A DNA stretch of 64,000 nt from the NCBI GenBank assembly GCA_943369185.1, contig CALRMK020000002.1:501368-565367 (forward strand). The letters run 5' to 3'. Origin of the DNA: Caulobacter sp. UNC279MFTsu5.1. GTDB lineage: Bacteria; Bacteroidota; Bacteroidia; Chitinophagales; Chitinophagaceae. Both the position numbers and the translations under genes were made by a program. Positions 39,438 to 49,495 of the stretch are shown in pieces. Positions within the stretch are counted from its first letter, which is position 1, and the number at the start of each line of letters is the position of its first letter. The notes below the pieces were generated by a model. That model worked only from the letters and a program-made list of their open reading frames with translations. It had not been told where the DNA came from and did not search any database.

Positions 39438-41507
39438 ATGAAAAAAATATTCTTTTCTTTTCTGATAGCCGCACCGGTAGCCTTATTGGCGCAGGTGAAA
39501 ATTGACAGAACCAAAGCGCCACAACCCGGTCCGGCACCGGTGATCAAAGTGGGAGAGCCTGCATCTTTTACGCTGGCCAACGGCCTGCGTGTTTTTGTGG
39601 TGCAGAATACCAAACTGCCCCGTGTTTCAGCTACCCTTACCATCGACCGGGAAGCCATTGCAGAAGGGGATAAAGCAGGTTTGGTAAGTATGGCCGGACA
39701 ATTGTTAAGACGAGGAACCACAACCATGAAAAAAGCCGTATTGGATGAAGAGATCGATTTTCTCGGAGCCGATATCAATACCTCAGCTAAAACGGTAAGT
39801 GGCAGTTCGCTGAAAAATAATTTCTCCAAAGTATTTGCCCTGATGGCGGATATCGCATTACGTCCATCGTTCCCGGCAGATGAGCTGGAGAAGATCCGCC
39901 GACAGGCTTTATCTGCACTTGCGCAAAACAAAGAAGATGCCAATGCAATTGCATCCAATGTGGTGAGCAGACTGGTGTATGGCAAAGCACATCCTTATGG
40001 CGAAGTGGAGACAGAAGAAAGCGTGAAAAAAGTAAGTGCAGAAGATATCCGTGCTTATTACAATACGTATTGGAAACCGAATATTTCCTATCTGATTTTT
40101 GTGGGAGATATTACCACAGAAGAAGCAAAGAAACTGGCAGAGACATACCTGGGCAGTTGGCAGAAAGCAGATGTGCCTGCTCCCTCTTTTGCCACGCCGG
40201 CTCCTCCTGCTAAAACCTATATCGCTGTGGTTGACAGACCCAGTTCCGTACAAAGTGTGATTAACCTGGTAACACCGGTGCTGTACAAACCCGGCCAGCC
40301 GGATGCCATTGCAGGATCTGTGATGAATACCTTACTGGGTGGCGGTTCTTCCAGCAGATTGTATAAAAATCTCCGTGAAAAATATGGGTTTACTTACGGG
40401 GCTTACTCACAGTTAACTGCCGACAGGTTAGTGGGTAATTTTACCGCCAGTGCTTCTGTGCGGAATGAAAAAACAGACAGTGCCATTGGCCAGTTTTTTG
40501 TGGAGCTGAACCGTTTGCGCAAGGAAGTGGTAGGAGCGGAAGAGCTCAATCAAACCAAAAACGAAATGAGTGGTGGATTTGCGCGGTCATTGGAAAGTCC
40601 GGCTACCATTGCCAATTTTGCCCTGAATGTGGCGCGGTATGGGTTGCCCCGGGATTATTACCAGAATTATCTCAAAAATCTATCAGCGGTAGATGCTCAG
40701 AAAGTGCAGGCTGTAGCAGCTAAATATGTGCTGCCCGGAAACATGCATATCGTCATCGTTGGAAATGCCAAACAAATCGCTCCGGGTCTGGAGAAATATG
40801 GCGAAGTGAAATATTTTGATGTGTATGGTAATGAAAAAGCAGCCCCTGCTGAAAAGAAAGTGGATGCGGGTGTTACTGCGCAATCGATATTCGGCAAAGC
40901 CATTGAGGCACAGGGTGGAGAAACTGCCATTGGTAGTCTGAAAGATGTAACCATGACGGGTGCCGCCAGTGTGATGGGACAAAACCTCGATTTTTCCGCA
41001 CAGTATGTACTTCCTTCGGGATACCTGCAGAACCTGAGTATGGGCGGTATGTCGCTGGCCAAACAGTTAACCAAAAACGGAACCTATTCAGTAGTACAGC
41101 AGGGTATGGAGCAAACGTTGAAAGAGGAGAATAAAGAGGAGTTGGATGAAGCGGCTTCTTTGATCCCTGAAGTATATATGCAGAAAAAAGGTGGATACAG
41201 TTATACCGTAAAAGGCATCGAACAGGTGGAAGGAAAAGATGCGTATAACGTAGAGATCAAATCGCCGAAAGGAAGGGTATTTAATTATTATTATGAGTTG
41301 GCATCGGGATTACGTGTAAAAGAAACCCGTACACAGGAAACACCCGCCGGTAATGCCACTATCACCATTACCAATACCGAATTCAAATCGTATAACGGAG
41401 TGAAACTCCCTGTCAAGACAACACTGGATACAGGTCAGTTTAAGATTAATATCGAACTGGCAGAGGTAAAAGTGAACCAGGGATTGAAGCTGGATGATCT
41501 GAAATAA
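39438..41507 (+). CDS. M16 family peptidase, non-catalytic subunit with C-terminal extension
   Basis: LANGLRVFVV, LREKYGFTYGAYS; no HxxEH; about 200-aa extra C-terminal domain. Confidence 0.9.
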   Translation: MKKIFFSFLIAAPVALLAQVKIDRTKAPQPGPAPVIKVGEPASFTLANGLRVFVVQNTKLPRVSATLTIDREAIAEGDKAGLVSMAGQLLRRGTTTMKKAVLDEEIDFLGADINTSAKTVSGSSLKNNFSKVFALMADIALRPSFPADELEKIRRQALSALAQNKEDANAIASNVVSRLVYGKAHPYGEVETEESVKKVSAEDIRAYYNTYWKPNISYLIFVGDITTEEAKKLAETYLGSWQKADVPAPSFATPAPPAKTYIAVVDRPSSVQSVINLVTPVLYKPGQPDAIAGSVMNTLLGGGSSSRLYKNLREKYGFTYGAYSQLTADRLVGNFTASASVRNEKTDSAIGQFFVELNRLRKEVVGAEELNQTKNEMSGGFARSLESPATIANFALNVARYGLPRDYYQNYLKNLSAVDAQKVQAVAAKYVLPGNMHIVIVGNAKQIAPGLEKYGEVKYFDVYGNEKAAPAEKKVDAGVTAQSIFGKAIEAQGGETAIGSLKDVTMTGAASVMGQNLDFSAQYVLPSGYLQNLSMGGMSLAKQLTKNGTYSVVQQGMEQTLKEENKEELDEAASLIPEVYMQKKGGYSYTVKGIEQVEGKDAYNVEIKSPKGRVFNYYYELASGLRVKETRTQETPAGNATITITNTEFKSYNGVKLPVKTTLDTGQFKINIELAEVKVNQGLKLDDLK

Positions 41508-41520
41508 AGGGTATTCCTGT

Positions 41521-41560
41521 AAAACAAAAGGGCAGCTATGTTTAGCTGCCCTTTTGTTTT
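41521..41560. terminator. Bidirectional intrinsic terminator
   Basis: AAAACAAAAGGGCAGCTA-TGTT-TAGCTGCCCTTTTGTTTT. Confidence 0.9.
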
Positions 41561-41573
41561 ATCAGAAACAGGA

Positions 41574-43106
41574 TCAGAATTTAAAACCCAAAGTCATCAT
41601 CACGGTACCTCTTCCGCCGGTTTGTTCTGCGAATGTATTGGGCTTATCATTTAAACGGTAGGCAAACTGTGCATCTCTGGTTAACATGTGCGAATAGGTA
41701 AGATCAATAAAAATACCATGGTCGCGGTAACCCACACCGCCGGTGGCGAGGATGCGGTTGGCTTTGATGGCATCGTCGGCATAAGGGCTACCGTAATAAG
41801 CACCACCCAGACGGAACATGATGGTATGAAATTTTAATTCGCCACCCACACGCAGATTGATATTGCCTTTATAAGTGTCTTTGATGCCTTCGTTCAGTAT
41901 ATCATAATAATCCCGCAGGGCATTGTCAGATTTGTCGGCGGCCGAAAAACGGGCACTGCGGTAGTTCACGTATTCCAGATCGGCACTGATGAAAGCGCGC
42001 TGTTGGCGGGTATCGCTGATCTCTCGGAATACATAACTCACACTGGTAATCGCTCTCCAGGGAGTGGTCATGTTATATTTTCTTTCGCCTGCTTTGCCAC
42101 TGTTCAATTCATTGCTGGTAGCGGTGCGCGTACCGGCATAAGTTTCTGTGTTGGCTGTAATGGAGGAGCTGATCTTATCTGTGTAGCCCATTAACTGCGG
42201 ACTGTGAAAGGCAAAACCAAAACGTAAGTGTTCCTGTGCTTTGTAGAGAACACCCAGTTTCACACCCACACCAATGCCTTTTGAGCTGAAGGTTTCTTTG
42301 TATTCGAATGATTTGAACTGGTTATCGCTACGGGCAGTGGCATCGGTTTCGCTATACACCAGTTCGCGACGGTAATTGATGACGGGAATAGTGACACTAC
42401 CACCCACGTACATTTTGTCTTCCAGATTACCGGCAAGGCCCAGCGCAATTTCGTGGTAACCACCAAAGGTACTGGCATCATACAATTGGTTAACGCCACT
42501 GGAAATGGGAACAAGGCTCTGATAACCGGCTACGCTGCCTCCCGGTCCGCTGAGTGTATCAACCAGAAAAGTTCTGAAAGCCAGGGATGATCCGAAAATA
42601 TAATTGCTTAGTGCTGCATTGGTATCGGCCCTGTCTTTGGTGAGTTCCTCGAGGTATTGTTCGGTAAAAGAGCTAAGGTTATTAAAACCTCTGAACTGGA
42701 TCCGGTTATTATAATTGGCCAGTTGATTCACCGAAATGGCAACGGCGCTGCTGGTCCATTTTTTTTCTCCCCTGGTGTTGGAAGAACTGAATATGAAACC
42801 CATGGCACCATAATTAAAATTATTCTTGTTATTGCTGGTATCCGTACCACGATAATTGAGTTTGTTTTTGTTCAACCCAAAACCAGGACTCAATACAAAT
42901 TCATTGGTTTTAAACAGACCGATACCGGCCGGGTTTACGTGGTTGGCAGTGATATCTCCACCCAAAGAACCCATCACACCTCCTGTGGCCATGTTACGTG
43001 CGGTACCGTTCTGGGTAAACCAGGCGGTGCGTAAAGCATCTTCCGGGTGCTGGGCCATGGCACTGATGGCGGTTATTGAAAATATGAGGAGTAGTATTTT
43101 TTTCAT
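41574..43106 (-). CDS. OmpP1/FadL family outer-membrane transporter
   Basis: Signal peptide; GTARNMATGG, NPAGIG; C-terminal LGFKF. Confidence 0.85.
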   Translation of the reverse strand: MKKILLLIFSITAISAMAQHPEDALRTAWFTQNGTARNMATGGVMGSLGGDITANHVNPAGIGLFKTNEFVLSPGFGLNKNKLNYRGTDTSNNKNNFNYGAMGFIFSSSNTRGEKKWTSSAVAISVNQLANYNNRIQFRGFNNLSSFTEQYLEELTKDRADTNAALSNYIFGSSLAFRTFLVDTLSGPGGSVAGYQSLVPISSGVNQLYDASTFGGYHEIALGLAGNLEDKMYVGGSVTIPVINYRRELVYSETDATARSDNQFKSFEYKETFSSKGIGVGVKLGVLYKAQEHLRFGFAFHSPQLMGYTDKISSSITANTETYAGTRTATSNELNSGKAGERKYNMTTPWRAITSVSYVFREISDTRQQRAFISADLEYVNYRSARFSAADKSDNALRDYYDILNEGIKDTYKGNINLRVGGELKFHTIMFRLGGAYYGSPYADDAIKANRILATGGVGYRDHGIFIDLTYSHMLTRDAQFAYRLNDKPNTFAEQTGGRGTVMMTLGFKF

Positions 43107-43186
43107 ACAAATGGTTTTGGATATACGATGAGCCATCAAAACAGGATACACTGTTTTACTAGTTAGATGAAATAAGATAGTTAGGA

Positions 43187-43936
43187 TCAGCCCCTGCCTC
43201 CCCGGCCTGTGCTGGTACTGGTACCGGTGCTTTTAAACCCACCACTGTTACCCCCGGCACTGCTGTTGGTAGGAGGTGCAGGTGTAGATGGGTTATTGCT
43301 CTGCGTATTGGAGAAGGTTCTGGCGGGCCTGTCGTAACTGTACGCATTATCCGTACCGCCACCGGTAAATACCCGCTTCAACAGACTGCCGAAATTACTG
43401 CTGCCGCTACCTGGCATAAAACCACCGGTTTTGGGATCCCGGTAGCCATAGTTATTGTTGTTATAACTCTTGTTGCGGTAAGCCGTGATATTGCTGCCTG
43501 AAGTGTAGCCGCCCGGCGTAGACGGAATGGTATAATAGTGAACTACGGTATATACCGGACTGTTCCAGCCCCAGCCATAATTGCCGGGATAATAAGCGCC
43601 ATAACCCAAACGGGGATTCCAGTAAGGATTCAGTCCGCTGTAATATTGGTAATTATAGTTGCCAAAATCATAGCGGCTGTCGTACCAGTAATCAAAATTG
43701 TCGATACTGCTCCAGCGATAACGATTGGCGATCTTCATGCGGAGGTATCTGTCGTCCATACTGCTTACATAATCCTGGTATTCGGCCTTTTGTTTTTCCT
43801 GTACCCTTTCATCCTGCACTATCTCACGGCCTGGTGAAAAATAGACATCGTCGGGTGTCTGGCCAGCTTTAAAAGCAGTGGAGCACCCTGTGAACAGCGT
43901 TATGCTGAATGCTGATAAGAGTAAAACATGTTTCAT
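43187..43936 (-). CDS. Hypothetical lipoprotein (Tyr/Asn/Gly-rich)
   Basis: Lipobox LFTGC; DDVYFSP motif; low-complexity C-terminus. Confidence 0.8.
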   Translation of the reverse strand: MKHVLLLSAFSITLFTGCSTAFKAGQTPDDVYFSPGREIVQDERVQEKQKAEYQDYVSSMDDRYLRMKIANRYRWSSIDNFDYWYDSRYDFGNYNYQYYSGLNPYWNPRLGYGAYYPGNYGWGWNSPVYTVVHYYTIPSTPGGYTSGSNITAYRNKSYNNNNYGYRDPKTGGFMPGSGSSNFGSLLKRVFTGGGTDNAYSYDRPARTFSNTQSNNPSTPAPPTNSSAGGNSGGFKSTGTSTSTGRGGRG

Positions 43937-44073
43937 ACTGCAGGATTGAAGGATTAGATAATGTGAAGTTACCTACATTTGCGCAGCGACGAGGCAACTT
44001 ACAATTATGTGACAAATCCTTTGCCAGCTAACAATTGTAAGTGTTTTAATATGTTAAAAGAAAGTTAAACAAT

Positions 44074-45552
44074 ATGGGTAAGGAAATTACTTCACGGGCA
44101 CAGGATTATTCACAATGGTATAACGATCTGGTGATCAAGGGCAGTTTGGCAGATTATAGTGCAGTAAGGGGTTGTATGGTCATCAAGCCCTATGGCTTTG
44201 CCCTTTGGGAAAATATGCGCGATGTGCTGGACAGGATGTTCAAAGACACCGGGCACCAGAATGCCTACTTCCCACTGTTTGTACCCAAAAGCCTGTTTGA
44301 AGCCGAAGAAAAGAATGCAGAAGGTTTTGCCAAAGAATGTGCGGTGGTTACCCATTACAGGCTGAAAGCCGATCCCAATAACAAAGGCAAACTGATGGTT
44401 GATCCGGAGGCCAAGCTGGAAGAAGAGCTGGTGGTTCGTCCAACCAGTGAAGCCATTATCTGGAATACCTATAAGGGCTGGATCCAGTCTTACCGTGATC
44501 TTCCCATCCTCGTTAACCAATGGGCCAACGTGGTTCGCTGGGAGATGCGTACCCGTTTGTTTCTTCGCACCGCCGAGTTTCTTTGGCAGGAAGGGCATAC
44601 CGCGCATGCTACCGCAGCAGAAGCGATTGTGGAAACCAAAAAAATGCTGGAAGTATATGCCGATTTTGTAGAGAACTGGATGGCATTACCGGTGATCAAA
44701 GGAGTGAAGAGTCCGAACGAACGTTTTGCCGGTGCAGAAGATACCTACTGTATCGAAGCACTGATGCAGGATGGTAAAGCTTTACAGGCGGGTACTTCCC
44801 ATTTTCTGGGACAGAATTTTGCCAAAGCTTTTGATGTGAAGTTCACCGACAGGGATAATAAACTGGATTATGTATGGGCCACGAGCTGGGGGGTAAGTAC
44901 CCGTTTGATCGGTGCCCTGGTAATGGCACATAGCGATGACGATGGCCTGGTACTGCCTCCGCGCATTGCACCGGTACAGGTAGTGATCGTTCCTATTTAT
45001 AAAGGGGATGAGCAGAAAGCGCAGATAGATGAAAAAGTGGGAGAAATGGTGAAGAACCTGAAAGCACTGGGTGTATCTGTGAAATACGATGATTCTGATA
45101 ATGCCAGACCCGGATGGAAATTTGCAGAGTATGAACTGAAAGGGGTTCCGGTAAGGATGGCCATCGGAGCACGTGATCTGCAGAACAATGTGGTGGAAGT
45201 AGCCAGAAGAGATACCAAAGAAAAGAATACGGTGAGTATGGATGGCATTGAGGGATATGTGAAGAATCTGCTGGATGAGATCCAGATCAGTATGTATAAC
45301 AAAGCCAAACAGTTCCGGGATGAGCGTATCACCAAAACGGATAACTGGGATGAGTTTGTGCAGTTACTGGATAACAAAGGTGGATTTGTATCGGCACATT
45401 GGGATGGCACTGCTGAAACTGAAGACAAGATCAAAGAACTCTGCAAAGCTACGATCCGCTGTATCCCGTTAGATAACCCACAGGAAGATGGAAAATGTAT
45501 TTTAACCGGAAATCCATCTACACAGCGGGTATTATTTGCCAGAGCCTATTAA
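44074..45552 (+). CDS. proS: Proline--tRNA ligase (archaeal/eukaryote-like type common in Bacteroidota)
   Basis: [45 protein letters not shown]-terminal FARAY. Confidence 0.98.
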   Translation: MGKEITSRAQDYSQWYNDLVIKGSLADYSAVRGCMVIKPYGFALWENMRDVLDRMFKDTGHQNAYFPLFVPKSLFEAEEKNAEGFAKECAVVTHYRLKADPNNKGKLMVDPEAKLEEELVVRPTSEAIIWNTYKGWIQSYRDLPILVNQWANVVRWEMRTRLFLRTAEFLWQEGHTAHATAAEAIVETKKMLEVYADFVENWMALPVIKGVKSPNERFAGAEDTYCIEALMQDGKALQAGTSHFLGQNFAKAFDVKFTDRDNKLDYVWATSWGVSTRLIGALVMAHSDDDGLVLPPRIAPVQVVIVPIYKGDEQKAQIDEKVGEMVKNLKALGVSVKYDDSDNARPGWKFAEYELKGVPVRMAIGARDLQNNVVEVARRDTKEKNTVSMDGIEGYVKNLLDEIQISMYNKAKQFRDERITKTDNWDEFVQLLDNKGGFVSAHWDGTAETEDKIKELCKATIRCIPLDNPQEDGKCILTGNPSTQRVLFARAY

Positions 45553-45655
45553 ACAGATGAACAGAAGGGCAAGGAACAGATGAACAGAGGAAGGGGCGCA
45601 TGATTAATCAAATGGTTTCCAATCCTTGTTCATCTGTTTGTCTGTTCATCTGTTC
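45552..45655. repeat. Octamer inverted tandem arms between proS and truB
   Basis: AACAGATG AACAGAAG ... AACAGATG AACAGAGG vs TTGTTCAT CTGTTTGT CTGTTCAT CTGTTC. Confidence 0.8.
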
Positions 45656-45667
45656 TACATTTCTTCC

Positions 45668-46396
45668 ATGAAACAGAAACCTCTCCCTGATTATATGCAG
45701 CCTTACCTGGATGGGAAGGTTTTGCTGTTTGATAAACCCCTGCGCTGGACCTCATTTGATATGGTGCGTAAGATCCGGAATATTACTCGGGTGATGAAAG
45801 TGGGGCATGCGGGTACGCTGGATCCTTTGGCTACGGGATTACTGATTGTTTGTACGGGAAAGTTTACCAAGAAGATCAATGAATACATGGGCATGGAGAA
45901 GGAGTATACCGGCACTTTTACATTGGGAGCCGTTACACCTACTTACGATCTGGAAAGTGAACCACAGGACCTGAAAGACTTTTCTCACCTCACCCAAGAA
46001 GCCATACAGAAAGCTACCGAACAGTTTACCGGAGAAATTATGCAGGTGCCGCCCATTCACTCTGCTATTAAACAGGAAGGCAAACCGGTTTACCTGGCCG
46101 CAAGAAAAGGAGTAGACGTAAAACTGGAACCCCGCCCGGTTACTATTTATTCTTTCACGATTGAAAAAATAACCATGCCGGTGGTGTATTTCCGCGTGGT
46201 ATGTTCTACCGGAACCTATATCCGTAGTCTCGCACATGATTTTGGTGCGGCACTGGGAGTGGGTGGGTATATGAGCAGTTTGCGCAGAACACGTATTGGT
46301 CTATTCTCTGTAGAAGAAGCCCGATCGATCGAAGGGTTTGAACAGGAGATCAGACAAATGGCAGCCGCTTCATCAGAAGGGGAGACCAATGCCTAA
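45668..46396 (+). CDS. truB: tRNA pseudouridine(55) synthase
   Basis: [38 protein letters not shown]. Confidence 0.97.
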   Translation: MKQKPLPDYMQPYLDGKVLLFDKPLRWTSFDMVRKIRNITRVMKVGHAGTLDPLATGLLIVCTGKFTKKINEYMGMEKEYTGTFTLGAVTPTYDLESEPQDLKDFSHLTQEAIQKATEQFTGEIMQVPPIHSAIKQEGKPVYLAARKGVDVKLEPRPVTIYSFTIEKITMPVVYFRVVCSTGTYIRSLAHDFGAALGVGGYMSSLRRTRIGLFSVEEARSIEGFEQEIRQMAAASSEGETNA

Positions 46397-48748
46397 CTGC
46401 AGTGCGTAGTTATTTACCTTTAGCCCATTGGCCCGGTTCTCGGACCATTGAAATTTATCCATCCAACCATTGTTGTATTGCCGGGCAGGGTCTTTTACTT
46501 TATAGGCAAGGTCTAATCGGATCAGGAAATAGGAAAAGTCTATCCTTACACCCGTACCTACTCCGATCGCAAGGTCGCGCCCAAGATTTTTCAACGAAAA
46601 TTTTGCCTCCGGATCCAAAGAATTGGATTTGATATTCCAGACATTACCGATATCCGCAAACAAGGCAGATCCGATTTTTACACCGGCAATGGTGGTCAAG
46701 GGAAAACGATATTCGATATTGGCTTCGAACTGCAGATCCCCGAACCTGTCGCGGTAACTGTTGCTGGTGGTATCGGCTTCACTTCTGCGCGAGCTACCGA
46801 GTCCGAGCTGCCGCAATCCCCAGGCGCGCATACTGTATGGACCACCTGCTGAGAACTGTTTAAAGAAGGGTAATGTTTTATCTCTTGTTGAATCGTTTCC
46901 ATAATTGTATCCCACTCCGGCAAAAGCGCGATAAGCCAGCTCTGTTTTCCGCATTTTTAGCGAAGCGCGGTATTCGGCTTCTACTTTAACATACCGGTAC
47001 ACTTTATCGCGGACACTGCCTAATAAGCCGAATATGCCACCCGCTTCTTCAATGCCGATGCGCATATAATGACTTTTATCCGGGTTGTCAGCATTTTTAA
47101 AATTTCTGATCAACGACAGGCTCTGGCTGATCACTCTACCTGAATTGAAAGAGGTTCTCAAAAACGGGTTGTCAACAAATAGCTTCCGCAATCCATCCAG
47201 GGTATCAATTGCGTACAGCTCTATATTCAAGGGTTTGTACAACCAGATATTATTTCCCTTTTTCCATTCATAGCCCCAACTGGTAACCAGCGAACGTAAC
47301 TGGTAAAAATCCCTTCTGTCTACATAAGATCCGTTAATAGAAAACAGTGTTTTTTTGTTATCGAGCCGGTTTAATGCCCGCCAGTTTTTGAAGGGTACAA
47401 TCAGTTTTGGAAAAGCATAGGTATGCCCCACATTGATGAGAAAGGTTTGTAATAAACGACTCTGGTTGCTGGTTAGCAGGCTTAATTCCACACCTGTTCT
47501 TAATGTGGTTAGCGATTGTACGGCGCTCTTCCAGACATTCTTGTTATTATAGGCGAAATTGGTAGAAATCCCCCAAAGGTTACCCAGTCCGATATCGGCC
47601 GTATTTCGGCTTCCCTCCAGGTCTACCGTGAAATTCTGTTTGATGGCTGGAACGAGGAAAAAATAAATGTCCAGACTATCTCCATTCCTTATCTCCGGCC
47701 GGCCATCTACCTGCTGCCAGGCACCAATCTGTCCCAGCGTATTGATCGTTTTAAAGTAATTGTTCTCATTATACAAACTTCCTCTACGCAGATACGTATG
47801 CTCCCGCAGGGGCCGGTAATTGAACAACCCTTTTTTGTATCGCATGGTTACACCTCTGCGTGTTGTATCCAGAAAATCTGTTCTTTTCAGGAGGCTGTCC
47901 GGGATATCCGTCATTTTGGTTTCCGGGTAATAATACATCCGGCCGATATAGTATTGTTTTAACCGGGCAGAGTCGGTAGTAGGTCTTTTAAAGATGGTAA
48001 AATCCCAGGTAGGATTTTCCCTTCTGGCTTTGGCTGCATCCGCAATGATCTGCGCCTGTTTAAAAGGGTCCAGCGTTAATTGCAATAAAAGCGGATCGGT
48101 TGTATCTGCCTCTGCATAAATATCATCCCTTGTAAACCGGTAATACCCGTTCTGCCGGTAAATGCTCACCAACCTGTCCAGTTCAGCACTGATCAGGCTC
48201 TTGGTATAGGGCTCTCCTTTTTTCAGCAGGGTACTGGCTTCCACTTCTTTGGTGAGTCTTTGCAGCGTAGTATCTCCCAGATCAAATGAAACAGAATCAA
48301 TGGTGATGTTTTTACCAGCCTGTATGGCCATACTCACTTTGGCACGGATCTGGTCTTTGACCGTATCGATTCTGATCGAATCGGCAAATGTTGCATAATA
48401 GTAACCCTGTGAATTCAGGTAGGCATTCATCAGCGAAACAGATCGGCTGAGATTGGCAGAATCGAATACAGGTGGATTTTTGATTTTGTAAAAAATCCCG
48501 AACTGCTGGATCTTTGGTACTTTCAGGCTGTCGTCCCAGTAATTTGCCAGTTCTTCCGACAAACGTTTTTTCTCATCTTTGGAAATATTTCCAGTTAGGT
48601 CGATTCTGTTGTCGAACACAAAGGCTTTATCAACGGGATGATTCTTAACACTGGTAAAATTCAATACCGAACAGGAACTGAAGAGTACCAGCAGCAGGGT
48701 GAAAAGGATAAAAGAACGAACAGGTAATTTTTGAAAGGTCAAACCCAT
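46373..48748 (-). CDS. tamL: Omp85/BamA-TamA family lipoprotein (TamL-like)
   Basis: Lipobox LFSSC; POTRA-like region; F..GG..SMRAW, E.N.EYRF, D.GNVW, RIDFSYFLIRLD, C-terminal IGLPF. Confidence 0.8.
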   Translation of the reverse strand: MGLTFQKLPVRSFILFTLLLVLFSSCSVLNFTSVKNHPVDKAFVFDNRIDLTGNISKDEKKRLSEELANYWDDSLKVPKIQQFGIFYKIKNPPVFDSANLSRSVSLMNAYLNSQGYYYATFADSIRIDTVKDQIRAKVSMAIQAGKNITIDSVSFDLGDTTLQRLTKEVEASTLLKKGEPYTKSLISAELDRLVSIYRQNGYYRFTRDDIYAEADTTDPLLLQLTLDPFKQAQIIADAAKARRENPTWDFTIFKRPTTDSARLKQYYIGRMYYYPETKMTDIPDSLLKRTDFLDTTRRGVTMRYKKGLFNYRPLREHTYLRRGSLYNENNYFKTINTLGQIGAWQQVDGRPEIRNGDSLDIYFFLVPAIKQNFTVDLEGSRNTADIGLGNLWGISTNFAYNNKNVWKSAVQSLTTLRTGVELSLLTSNQSRLLQTFLINVGHTYAFPKLIVPFKNWRALNRLDNKKTLFSINGSYVDRRDFYQLRSLVTSWGYEWKKGNNIWLYKPLNIELYAIDTLDGLRKLFVDNPFLRTSFNSGRVISQSLSLIRNFKNADNPDKSHYMRIGIEEAGGIFGLLGSVRDKVYRYVKVEAEYRASLKMRKTELAYRAFAGVGYNYGNDSTRDKTLPFFKQFSAGGPYSMRAWGLRQLGLGSSRRSEADTTSNSYRDRFGDLQFEANIEYRFPLTTIAGVKIGSALFADIGNVWNIKSNSLDPEAKFSLKNLGRDLAIGVGTGVRIDFSYFLIRLDLAYKVKDPARQYNNGWMDKFQWSENRANGLKVNNYALQLGIGLPF

Positions 48749-48753
48749 ACAGA

Positions 48754-49485
48754 ATGTTAAGCAAGAATGAGCTCAAATATATCCAATCTTTGTGCCAGAA
48801 AAAACAAAGGCAGGAAGAACGGCTGTTTCTGGTAGAAGGTGCCAAATTGGTGGAAGAATTGCTGCAAAGCGGTCTAAATGTCCGGAAGATCTATGCTTTA
48901 CCCGTTTGGGCAGAAAAATATAGTCAGCTATCCCAGCTAACTGTCATCACCGAAGAAGAGCTGGGAAAGATCAGTAATCTGCAGACCCCCAACCAGGTAT
49001 TGGCCCTGGTAGAACAGCCCGAAACTACTTCTGAACCGTTTCTGGCTAACCAACTCACCTTGGTTCTTGACAATATCCAGGACCCGGGCAATCTGGGTAC
49101 CATTATCCGGATTGCAGACTGGTTCGGGATTCATCAGATCGTGGCCAGTATGGATACGGTAGAATTGTACAATCCCAAAGTGATCCAGAGCACCATGGGA
49201 AGTTATGCAAGGGTGCAGGTCTGGTACCGGCCGTTGGCCGATTTTTTGTCTACTGTAAGCCTGCCCGTATTTGGTGCGTTGCTGAATGGACAGAATATGT
49301 ACGAGGCAGCAACGCTGAAAGAGGGCATTTTGCTGATCGGGAATGAATCGAAGGGGATTCATGCAGATCTGCTGCCCTTTGTTTCTCATCCTATCACTAT
49401 CCCCCGGATCGGTGGAGCCGAATCCTTGAACGCGGCTGTAGCAGCAGGAATCATCGTATCACATCTTACCCGACCGGTCTTGTAA
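48754..49485 (+). CDS. TrmH/SpoU family RNA methyltransferase
   Basis: DNIQDPGNLGTIIR, GNESKG, ESLNAAVA. Confidence 0.93.
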   Translation: MLSKNELKYIQSLCQKKQRQEERLFLVEGAKLVEELLQSGLNVRKIYALPVWAEKYSQLSQLTVITEEELGKISNLQTPNQVLALVEQPETTSEPFLANQLTLVLDNIQDPGNLGTIIRIADWFGIHQIVASMDTVELYNPKVIQSTMGSYARVQVWYRPLADFLSTVSLPVFGALLNGQNMYEAATLKEGILLIGNESKGIHADLLPFVSHPITIPRIGGAESLNAAVAAGIIVSHLTRPVL

Positions 49486-49495
49486 AGGAACTGTT

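Noticed and set aside
32823-49485. Clustering of tRNA-related genes (tsaC, cca, miaA, proS, truB, trmH) as a dedicated system
   Set aside because: They are interspersed with unrelated genes and terminators; consistent with ordinary core-genome gene order.
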